Assembly: GCA_963717465.1 (NCBI GenBank)
Contig: OY970340.1
Coordinates: 1,184,001-1,248,000, forward strand
Direction: 5' to 3'
Length of the DNA stretch: 64,000 nucleotides
Source: Candidatus Bathyarchaeota archaeon
Lineage (GTDB): Archaea > Thermoproteota > Bathyarchaeia > Bathyarchaeales > Bathycorpusculaceae
Numbering within the stretch: position 1 is the first letter of the stretch; every line of letters starts with the position of its first letter. Under the pieces are notes generated by a model. That model worked only from the letters and a program-made list of their open reading frames with translations. It did no database searches and was not told the origin of the DNA. The translations under genes were made by a program, and so were the position numbers. Of this stretch, positions 43,838-52,268 are shown in pieces.

Positions 43838-44110
43838 TTTTCACGCTACCCGTGTAAACTTGATTTTGATCCACATTGTCCAAAAGATAATCTAGATGAA
43901 GAGTTACTTAAATAGAAAGAAGGTGTAGTTGGAATCAAGTATTACGTGCGCTTTTAATCCCAAACATATAAACCGTCTTTTGCTTATTTTTTGGGGGAGT
44001 TTTATGCTTGCGAAGTAATAAACGAATTTTCAGGGAAAACAAGCGGCAAATACGCTTAAACTAAGCTCGATTTGCAACGCCTTAATTACCAAAAAAAGCC
44101 TAAAAACTGA

Positions 44111-44177
44111 CTATTTCGGGAAAGTTAATTAGTGCTCCGGCCTAGGTCTATACTCGGGTTTTAACTCGGAAAACACG
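44111..44177 (-). repeat. att-like direct repeat of the tRNA-Glu 3' end
   Basis: 32 bp at 44111-44142 identical to 51912-51943. Confidence 0.85.
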
Positions 44178-44337
44178 ATTTACATCTTTTTGTTAATTTG
44201 AATACTTTAAAGAAGAGGTTATCTCAAAAGAAGTGTTTAACATAATTTTACGTTTCATAAATCCAGTTTGATTAATTATCGCAACTTAAGCGGTTCCAAT
44301 CCCTAAAATATTTAAATCCAAGAGAATAATTGTATTC

Positions 44338-44799
44338 ATGGCTCAAGGCAGGAAAGAAGAACTAAAAAGCGCCGTTTTAGGAAAGAACGTCACAAAATTT
44401 GTTTTTAATCGTCCCAGCGCCAAAATTCTTGAGATATTTCAAAACAGGTACTCAAAACGTGATTATTTCATTAATATTGATATACCCGAGTTTACCAACA
44501 TTTGTCCGTTAACTGGACAACCAGACTTTGCGGTAATTCGCATACGCTACGTTCCCGACGAAAAATGCTTAGAGTCAAAATCGCTGAAAATCTACATTTT
44601 CTCTTATCGCAATTTTCCTGAATTTCATGAAGATTGCATTAACAGAATTTTAGATGATTGTGTAAAGGTATGTGCGCCTAGATGGATGCAAGTATCGGGC
44701 AAGTTTAATGCCAGAGGAGGCATTTCATTCACGCCTGTGGCTGAGTTCACTAAAAAGGGTTTCAAATTGGCTCAGCAGAGCGCAAAATTAGATTTATGA
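44338..44799 (+). CDS. queF: PreQ0 (7-cyano-7-deazaguanine) reductase, unimodular type
   Basis: PEFTNICPLTGQPDFA, ESKSLKIY, FHE, FNARGGI. Confidence 0.88.
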   Translation: MAQGRKEELKSAVLGKNVTKFVFNRPSAKILEIFQNRYSKRDYFINIDIPEFTNICPLTGQPDFAVIRIRYVPDEKCLESKSLKIYIFSYRNFPEFHEDCINRILDDCVKVCAPRWMQVSGKFNARGGISFTPVAEFTKKGFKLAQQSAKLDL

Positions 44800-45254
44800 T
44801 GCTCGCAAGAGTTGAGGATGCAAAGATGAAAAAATCTGAATTCGACAAATATCTCCAAGAAAGGTACAATGACCAAGTAAAATGGTATGACACCAAAGCA
44901 ATCCTTTACAAAAGATTGAATTACATATTCCAAATCCCAACAATCTTTGTTGCAGCAATTATTCCAATATTCGCTTTGCTTGAACAAAAATGGGTAACAG
45001 TAATCCTTTCAGCTACAATGGCTATATTTATCGGAATCCTGAACTATTCCAAATTCGAGGAAAAATGGCATAATTATAGGTTTACATGTGAAAGACTAAA
45101 GAAAGAACTCTTCTTTTACACAGGTAAAATTGACGACTATAAAAATGCAGAAGAACCAGAGAGCTTGTTTGTTCAGCGAGTTGAATCAATTACTTCCGAC
45201 GAACATTCACAGTGGGTCACAATTGAAAAAACCAAGAAGAAACAAAATCAATAA
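44796..45254 (+). CDS. SLATT / DUF4231 2-TM effector
   Basis: YL.ERY.DQ..WYD.KA, 2 TM, W.NYR.TCE.LK.E, FV.RVE.I. Confidence 0.82.
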   Translation: MMLARVEDAKMKKSEFDKYLQERYNDQVKWYDTKAILYKRLNYIFQIPTIFVAAIIPIFALLEQKWVTVILSATMAIFIGILNYSKFEEKWHNYRFTCERLKKELFFYTGKIDDYKNAEEPESLFVQRVESITSDEHSQWVTIEKTKKKQNQ

Positions 45255-45264
45255 GGCGATTTAA

Positions 45265-46254
45265 TTGCTTGTTGAAAAAAAATCACTTAGATCTTTTAAA
45301 ATTGAAGATTCTGGAAAATCATTTGAAACCCCTTTGTTTGTCCCTGCGACATCTAGTACAAAAGCAAATTGGACAGTTTTGCAATATATTGACTTAATAG
45401 AAAACGTCGGGTATCCGTCGTTTCTTGTCTCAGCTTATGATTATTGCAAGCTTGAAAAAAAGCAAAAAGAGGATTTTGAGAAGCTTTTGGGAAAATACAG
45501 AAAGAAAGGCACTTTTTTCTTTTTAGATAATGGTAACTATGAAGCTTATTGGTACAAAGACAAAAAATGGAATCTGGACGGATTAAGAGATGCTTTGGAG
45601 ACTGTTTGCCCAGACTTTTGCTTTTCCTTTGATGTTTTCTGGGAAAAAGACACAAAAACAGAATCATACATCAAAGATACTGTATCGGCTATTGCAAAAA
45701 CAGCAGGTTCGCAAAAAACAGGGTCAACTATTGCATTGTTTCATTCCAGGCCTGATTTATTTCCGAAAGTAGTTAGAAAAGTCGTTGATAGCATTAATCC
45801 CGAAATAATTGCTGTCCCTGAAAGGGAATTAGGATGTAGCGTTTTTGAACGTGCCCTATCAATTAAAAACATTCGAAGTGAACTTGATAAAGACGGAAAG
45901 TTGATACCAATGCATATTCTCGGCACAGGTAACCCACTTTCAATTCTTATTTACACATTGTGTGGAGCTGATACCTTCGATGCCCTTGATTGGTCAAGTG
46001 TATTTATGGACCCAAAAACTTGTCAGCAGGGTCATTTTTCACAGAAGGATTTGTCAACCTGTAGTTGCGAGGCATGTCAATTGAAACAGGTTCCATACGA
46101 TTACCAGGTCATGGCCCACAATCTAATCTTCTATCAAAGATTCTTGGAAAAAATCAAAAAATCTCTTGAATCATGTAAAGTTGATACGCTGCTCAAAGAG
46201 TATCTATCTGACAAAAACGTATTGGAAGTAAAGAAAATAGCGGTATTGAAATGA
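45265..46254 (+). CDS. TGT-like (tRNA-guanine transglycosylase fold) protein, Cap10-like
   Basis: ETPLFVP, LDNGNYE, HILGTG, GADTFD, CSCEAC...HNL zinc site. Confidence 0.8.
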   Translation: MLVEKKSLRSFKIEDSGKSFETPLFVPATSSTKANWTVLQYIDLIENVGYPSFLVSAYDYCKLEKKQKEDFEKLLGKYRKKGTFFFLDNGNYEAYWYKDKKWNLDGLRDALETVCPDFCFSFDVFWEKDTKTESYIKDTVSAIAKTAGSQKTGSTIALFHSRPDLFPKVVRKVVDSINPEIIAVPERELGCSVFERALSIKNIRSELDKDGKLIPMHILGTGNPLSILIYTLCGADTFDALDWSSVFMDPKTCQQGHFSQKDLSTCSCEACQLKQVPYDYQVMAHNLIFYQRFLEKIKKSLESCKVDTLLKEYLSDKNVLEVKKIAVLK

Positions 46255-46991
46255 CTGAACTTTGCTTGATTACTGAAAGAATTGAGAATACTATTATGAA
46301 GGTGTGCGACTTCGTCGATTCACAACAAACAACTGGCTCTTGTTGGAAAAACCTCTGCGAGGAAGAGCTTTGGCCAGAATTGGTGTCCTGTATATTGGGC
46401 AGTAGAGTTAGATATGAGACTGCGAAAGCATGTTCTATCCAGTTATTAAAAACTGGTTTGCTTGATATTTCTACTATTTTGAAAAATCCTAAGCGTGTTG
46501 AAAAAGCAATAACCAAGGAATTAGGCAGACCCATGTATCCGCCAATGAAAGGCCGCCTAGGTTCAAGATAGCGTTACCCGAAATCCAAGTCTAAATTTAT
46601 CGTAGACACCGCGGTTAAAATATACTATGAAGACAAAACTACGATAAAGGATATTCTAAATAGCTCTCATGATGGGATTGAAGCAAGAGCGACGCTGATT
46701 GAAAAATGCAAAGGTATAGGACCAAAACAAGCAAGTCTTTTTCTTAGAAACATAAGTTTTAGCAATGATTTGGCTATTCTTGATTGTCATGTTGACCGAT
46801 ACATGAGATTGCTTCGATTGAGCGATAGTTTGGACTTGATAGACAAGCAGAAAATGCATCCCTATTTTAAGATGGAAAATAAGTTGAGAATATACGCGAT
46901 ATCTAAAAAGAGATCGCTTGCAACTTTGGATATAGGCATTTGGACTGTTATGCGCCTAGTAAAAAAGGAGGATATAGTATGGCAGTTGTAA
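46251..46991 (+). CDS. OGG-like HhH N-glycosylase/lyase (Cap11-like) with in-frame TAG at 46569
   Basis: ELVSCILGS, R*RYPKSKS, KGIGPKQASLFLRN, AILDCHV, LDIGIW all in one frame. Confidence 0.75.
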
Positions 46992-47608
46992 GTTTAGTTT
47001 CTGGTGGAATTGATTCTCTAACTATGTCAAAAATTATTGTTGAACAAGGAGAAGAAATATTACCGATTTTTATTGACTATGGTCAATTAGCTAAAGACAA
47101 GGAATGGGCTGCCTGTCAACTGGTTTTCAAGGAATCTGGCTTGTCTGCCCCAATCAGAATCGACTTAAGCGGTTATGGCAAATTAATGCCGACAGGAATT
47201 ACTGACCCAAAAAAGGAAATACGTGATCAAGCTTTTCTTCCCGGAAGAAATCTCTTATTTCTTGTTGTCGGAAGTTCTTATGCTCATTTCAAAGGAGCTA
47301 GGGGAGTAGCAATCGGTTTGCTTACAGAAAAGTCACATATATTTCCTGATCAGACTGGCAGATTTGTTGTCAATACAAATATAGCTGTAAACGAAGCTCT
47401 GGACGATGATATTACTATATTGACGCCGCTGATTAATTTCTCCAAAAGCCAAGTAATCGAACTTGCTAAACACTACAAACTTCCAATAGAAAAAACATAT
47501 TCTTGTCACTCGGGTAACGACACTTATTGTGGGAAGTGTATTTCTTGCCTGGAGCTTCTCGGTTCAATTGGAAAAGACTTGCCACAATTTAAAGCTAAAG
47601 GTGTTTAA
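46979..47608 (+). CDS. queC: QueC-family PP-loop ATPase, Cap9-like
   Basis: SGGIDS, IDYGQ, PGRNLLFL, FPD, TYSC...CGKCISC. Confidence 0.88.
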   Translation: MAVVSLVSGGIDSLTMSKIIVEQGEEILPIFIDYGQLAKDKEWAACQLVFKESGLSAPIRIDLSGYGKLMPTGITDPKKEIRDQAFLPGRNLLFLVVGSSYAHFKGARGVAIGLLTEKSHIFPDQTGRFVVNTNIAVNEALDDDITILTPLINFSKSQVIELAKHYKLPIEKTYSCHSGNDTYCGKCISCLELLGSIGKDLPQFKAKGV

Positions 47609-47609
47609 T

Positions 47610-48131
47610 GTGGGTGGTTCACCGGTATACAGCGATACGGGTCATGGTGGAGCAACTGATACTGACAAGTTGCAGGATATCGCTCGAAAAGAGCTTGAAA
47701 AACCAGCTCCAGAATCTAGAAAGAAAGTTTTCCTCAGCTTCAAAGGAGAAGATAAGACCTATGTTGACTTATTCCGTGGTCAGGCAAAAAATGAAAATTC
47801 AGACCTTGATTTCATTGACTTTTCGCTCAGAGCACCTTTTAACAGCGAAAACGCCGAGTATATCAAAAGTGGGATCAGACAAAGAATTGAGCAATCTTCT
47901 GTTACAATTGTGTGCTTAACTGAAGACACTCACAAGAGCGAATGGGTGGATTGGGAAATCAAAGAAAGCATAAGGCTTGGTAATGGTGTAATAGGTGTAA
48001 AAATGAAAGATGATTCCTCAATAAAGACACCAAAAGCAATGGAAGAAAATGGTTGCAAGGTGGTCAACTGGAATCACGAAGAGATTAATCAAGCGATGAG
48101 TGAGGCGGATAAAAAGCGCAAAGAACAATAA
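47610..48131 (+). CDS. TIR domain protein (ThsB/DUF1863-like) with N-terminal MGGS extension
   Basis: GTG start 2 nt after the queC stop with an AGGTG SD; VFLSF, SSVTIVCL, SEWVDWEI with catalytic Glu. Confidence 0.85.
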   Translation: MGGSPVYSDTGHGGATDTDKLQDIARKELEKPAPESRKKVFLSFKGEDKTYVDLFRGQAKNENSDLDFIDFSLRAPFNSENAEYIKSGIRQRIEQSSVTIVCLTEDTHKSEWVDWEIKESIRLGNGVIGVKMKDDSSIKTPKAMEENGCKVVNWNHEEINQAMSEADKKRKEQ

Positions 48132-48272
48132 TCTTTGGCAACTAAACATCTAAGGGCTATGTATCTTCTTCTTTGCCCTCGTTTTCTATTCTCTTGTGCT
48201 TCTAAGCCTGGAAACTAAACTGTGCAGACATTGACTATGTGAACTCAACCATCAGCATTACACCAGAAAAAC

Positions 48273-48387
48273 TGGGAATTACACCCCAAGCAAATGGAGA
48301 CGTCTCCCGCAAAACTCCCTTTTTTTGGATCGGTGGGGAATTTGAACGTAGCCGATAGTGGAGATATCACCCGCATATCTCCTTTTT
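48273..48387. repeat. Hairpin/poly-T element, tandem copies D and E
   Basis: GGAGACGTCTCCCGCA..CCCTTTTTTT and perfect GGAGATAT-CACCCGC-ATATCTCC-TTTTT, each preceded by a GGGAATT..-like T-arm remnant. Confidence 0.55.
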
Positions 48388-48491
48388 ATTTCGGCCTTAA
48401 TTCGAGCTATTCTATTTTGCTTTTTAGATTAAAAAGGTTCAAAAATTTTTAACTACTGTTATAGAGATCAACGGGTCGTTTTGGCTTTCCC

Positions 48492-49622
48492 TCATAAAGT
48501 CCTTTTTTTGATTTCAAGCCAGACGAGTGGAATTCCTGATAAAAATGAGCCAACAATAAGAAAAACAAAAGTCAAAATAGTGACGTAGTTATTGCTGAGT
48601 TTGAAATATGTCACAATGTCATTGGGGAAGGTGGCTGCTATTCCTATGAGAAGGATTCCAGCGATCATAGATACTATAAGGGAGTAAACTTCAAGTCTCT
48701 TTGACATTAATTTATATGGAAGCTTGATCGAAGGCGTCTCAAAATTCTCATCGGATTCTGTAACAACTATTTCTGAGCTTTCGCTTGTAAGAGTTTCTTT
48801 GGTTTGAAAATCAAAATACTTGGTATATTTGTCCTGAGCCATTGGCAAATCAATCTCTGATGAGCCTACATGGGATATTAATTTATCATCAACGCTAATG
48901 GTAATTTTTTTGTTTGGCTTGTTGTTATGCTTCTGATGATCTGGATTAAAAGCACTCAAAGATACAGCATACGGTCTTCCTTGACTGATTTTAAAAGAAT
49001 GTTCTTCAATGGATAATTGGGACTTGAGCTCCGTTCTGAGAAGAATGTTGGTTCTGAAAAATATCGAATTACTAAATTGTTCTTGCCCTTTCAATCGGGC
49101 AATAGGGTCAGCTCTTGCCAACATTTTGGCTGTCTCTTCCCAAATCTCTTGTTGAGAGTTTGTGCTGTTTTGATTTCCAACTAAAGGGTCGGCGCCTTTT
49201 AACACAAGTTTTTGAAGATATTCATCACTATTTGGAGTGGCTTTTGATAACATTTTTTTTTGACTCAAAATAGTTCGGATATCATCGTTGAATTTCTTAG
49301 TGTCAACCGGATTTACGAAATCTTCCATGCTTAGAATAATCTGATAAGTTACCCCTATCGTAGGTGGTATGATTTCTGAAACTTTGCAACGTCTGATTGG
49401 ATAAAATTCTGCGTTCTGTTTTGAATAATCAAGGAAGATTACGAGACCAGATATATTTTTAGCTTTGTTCAAATTCAATTTAATGTCATCGGATAGCCAT
49501 TTTTCGTCATACTCGACAAATTGAATCAGGCCGTTTGGTAAACTGAGAATCGAAAGAATCTTCTGCCTGAAGTCGGGATAATAGGTTGATTTAAAGAAGA
49601 AAATGATTTCAGGTGTGCTCAT
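48492..49622 (-). CDS. Hypothetical protein with 2 C-terminal TM helices
   Basis: 376-aa ORF, probably co-transcribed with the radical SAM gene. Confidence 0.7.
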   Translation of the reverse strand: MSTPEIIFFFKSTYYPDFRQKILSILSLPNGLIQFVEYDEKWLSDDIKLNLNKAKNISGLVIFLDYSKQNAEFYPIRRCKVSEIIPPTIGVTYQIILSMEDFVNPVDTKKFNDDIRTILSQKKMLSKATPNSDEYLQKLVLKGADPLVGNQNSTNSQQEIWEETAKMLARADPIARLKGQEQFSNSIFFRTNILLRTELKSQLSIEEHSFKISQGRPYAVSLSAFNPDHQKHNNKPNKKITISVDDKLISHVGSSEIDLPMAQDKYTKYFDFQTKETLTSESSEIVVTESDENFETPSIKLPYKLMSKRLEVYSLIVSMIAGILLIGIAATFPNDIVTYFKLSNNYVTILTFVFLIVGSFLSGIPLVWLEIKKRTL

Positions 49623-49641
49623 TTATCCATTCATCTCTCTT

Positions 49642-50793
49642 TCAGAGCGGAACCTCACATCTGTATCTTCTTATCTCTGGCTCGCTATAAAAGCTTGGAA
49701 GAACACTTTCATACCACAATTGCGTAACAGTTTTCTGAAATCGCACAAATTTCGGAAACCACTCATCTGGACTTTCGTTATCGTGCCAAGGCAGTTTTCT
49801 TCCTTCTTTAAGGGCAGCGACCATATTTGGCTTCACAGCGGAATACGATTTAATTTGCAGCATGTTTGCCCTCAACGGAAGATTTGTATGAATTTGTTTG
49901 AGCCTACAACAACAAATATTCAATCTTCTTTTTAACTCGTCATTTTCAGCAAAAACCATCGGTATTAAATAGACATATGTGTCTGCCTTAAGTTCATTGA
50001 CCAAGAAATTCAAAACCTCAAATTGTTTTGCGAAGAATTCAGGCTGTGAATTAGTAATCTGAGAAAAATCTTCCGATCCTACTTGTCCGTCTCCAATGCC
50101 TTTCAAGCACCCGACTATCCCAAAATTGTGGTTGCCTATAGTTTCCTTTAGTTCATCCAACACTCTTTCCAAGTAATTGGTTGTTGACAAATTACAATCT
50201 GCCCAAACGTAGACACTGTTTGAAATGTTTCGTTTGTCAAGTTCCCTGTAAACGTCGATTATTAGTTCGGGAACTATAGTTGTTGCTTCTCCCCCACTAA
50301 TCCTAATAACATTCAGTTCCTCAGTGGTTGCCCTAAGTTTTTCGTACTCATCAATAATATCGCTTACTTTGAAGTATCGTCCTCTGCCAGCTTCAGGATT
50401 ATTCAAATCCCTGTCCACATAGCAATAGCTGCAATCATAATCGCAACCGTTGAGTTGGATCGTAAACGTATTGTTGTATTTTCGAGGATCACCACCCATT
50501 TTCTTCGCTGCGCTGTAAGGTGGATTCTGAAACTCTAGTTTTTGAAAACCGCCTTCAAGTCCTAGAAATTTCGGTGACCAGATTTCTGAGGTTGGAACAC
50601 TTGTCCACCATTGTGCATATAAATCTGACGGATCTCTGGGATCTATGTACGTTCTAGTCCGAAAATTTTTTTTAATGTCTTTACTATCCTTTATCTGGAC
50701 TCCTTGAGTAAAATCCGGAACAAAATAGCTGTTCGTAGCTGGGTCTCTCATTTGTTTTCTGCGTTTTGCTGCTATTTCTTCTGGATTTAGCAT
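49642..50793 (-). CDS. Radical SAM protein
   Basis: GCDYDCSYC and IRISGGE. Confidence 0.85.
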   Translation of the reverse strand: MLNPEEIAAKRRKQMRDPATNSYFVPDFTQGVQIKDSKDIKKNFRTRTYIDPRDPSDLYAQWWTSVPTSEIWSPKFLGLEGGFQKLEFQNPPYSAAKKMGGDPRKYNNTFTIQLNGCDYDCSYCYVDRDLNNPEAGRGRYFKVSDIIDEYEKLRATTEELNVIRISGGEATTIVPELIIDVYRELDKRNISNSVYVWADCNLSTTNYLERVLDELKETIGNHNFGIVGCLKGIGDGQVGSEDFSQITNSQPEFFAKQFEVLNFLVNELKADTYVYLIPMVFAENDELKRRLNICCCRLKQIHTNLPLRANMLQIKSYSAVKPNMVAALKEGRKLPWHDNESPDEWFPKFVRFQKTVTQLWYESVLPSFYSEPEIRRYRCEVPL

Positions 50794-51129
50794 ATTTCTT
50801 GATTGCGCCTTTGGTAGTATTTTAATTCTTCCTATTTAGGTCACATAGATCCTAATCAAGAAGTCAAAAACCATTGGAATTCAATTCAGCCCATTTCACC
50901 AAGTGGATTTGATTCTGGAACAAACGTCTTATTGTTAAATCAATACACTGCTGCCAGTGCCGGAGCTGATTTACTGATGGGTACTGGTGTGTTTGCCCTC
51001 ATCTGTATTGGTTGGTATGTACACAAGCAGTAGAGATATTACTTTCATCTATGTTCCCAAAGTCAACTGGTTTTTGAAGTTTTGAAATTTTACTAATGAG
51101 GCGTAAGCTTCCTGTTTGCTTACGCTTTA

Positions 51130-51753
51130 AAGGTTATGTATACACTCAACACAAAATTATCAACCCTAAAGAGTGTTCTGGCATTCTGATAAGGATAAAA
51201 AATGTGGCAATGGGGGAATGACAATTTCTCGAATATCCTTCAAACACTTATCAACTTTTCAGAAACTGGCTATCCGGTGAAATCTATATCGACCAAGGCC
51301 TTGAATCTGCGATGAGCATCAATCGAAGCGATTTTAAAATAACAAATCCGGATTACATCGCGCTCAAGAATTGGATTCATAATTTTTTGGATGACATCGT
51401 TTTCAAATATACTAACAAGCAATATTATCAAAAAGGACGGGAAAACAGAAAGAAAGAAGAAGAAACCGACAAATTTTCAACTCTGAACAGAATTGTAACC
51501 AATGAAATCGGAAACAATTATCGATTATGTTACCAAGAATTGCCTGAAAAAAACAATAGCGATAGACCAAAAACAAGAATAGGTAATAATAAACAATAGG
51601 CATCCGTTGTTTAGAAAGGTACCCAAACAATTTGAGAGTATTATTCAACAGATGTTTCTTTTGTTTAAGATAGCACAAGAGAAGAGTGGCGATGACGTAA
51701 AGAAATTAGAACTTCTGTTTGAAGAAGAGCTTGAGAAATGGATCACTGAGTAA
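51130..51753 (+). pseudogene. Fragmented C-terminal part of a GHKL/MORC-type ATPase
   Basis: Pieces KGYVYTQ..GILIRIKNVA and WLSGEIYIDQGLESAMSINRSDF..NPDY, interrupted by stops and shifts; no N-terminus. Confidence 0.5.
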
Positions 51754-51933
51754 TCAGACTGCATTTAAAGCCATCCTTTCTTTATAATATAAAACGCTTT
51801 TTCAGCGAATAATGGAGTAAGTAACTAACTACAAAATTGAAATGTCCACAGTGAATCAATTATTAGAATTGACCAAGTGATAATGCATACCAAAAAGAGC
51901 TTAAAAAATGGCTATTTCGGGAAAGTTAATTAG

Positions 51934-52008
51934 TGCTCCGGCCGGGATTTGGACCCGGGTCCGCGACTCGAGAGGCCGCTATACTTGACCGGACTATACT
52001 ACCGGAGC
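51934..52008 (-). tRNA. tRNA-Glu (anticodon CTC)
   Basis: GCTCCGG/CCGGAGC acceptor stem; anticodon arm GCGGC-CTCTCGA-GTCGC. Confidence 0.92.
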
Positions 52009-52268
52009 AGTTTTAGGCTTTAGCGTAAATACTGATTTAGCTTGTATTAATTTACTTTCCTCTTAAGGAATAAATCTGAAGCGTTCAAGTGTAAGTTCGA
52101 TTCTTTAAATTCTTTCTATGGAATTATTTAGTAAGCTTTTGCTAGCTACCCTTCTTGAAAGTTAGCCCTTGTTGCGATTAAGAATAATGCTTTAAGAAAA
52201 TTTAGGAAATGTTTAGTTTTTTGGTTACGGCTATTTAGGAAGTTTTAAAGAAAAATTAAGGGAGAATT

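Larger units (their letters stand above)
44143..51933. mobile_element. Integrase-less defence island inserted at tRNA-Glu
   Basis: Bounded by the tRNA and the att-like repeat; defence-type cargo. Confidence 0.65.

Noticed and set aside
44338..47608. Housekeeping queuosine/archaeosine or Dpd DNA-modification cluster
   Set aside because: No queD, folE or dpdB/C-like genes seen; the genes are interleaved with SLATT, OGG and TIR
47529..47919. Listed starts at 47529 and the 47608 ATG ORF
   Set aside because: 47529 overlaps queC by 80 nt; the 47608 frame has no recognisable domain; GTG 47610 has an SD and gives the TIR frame
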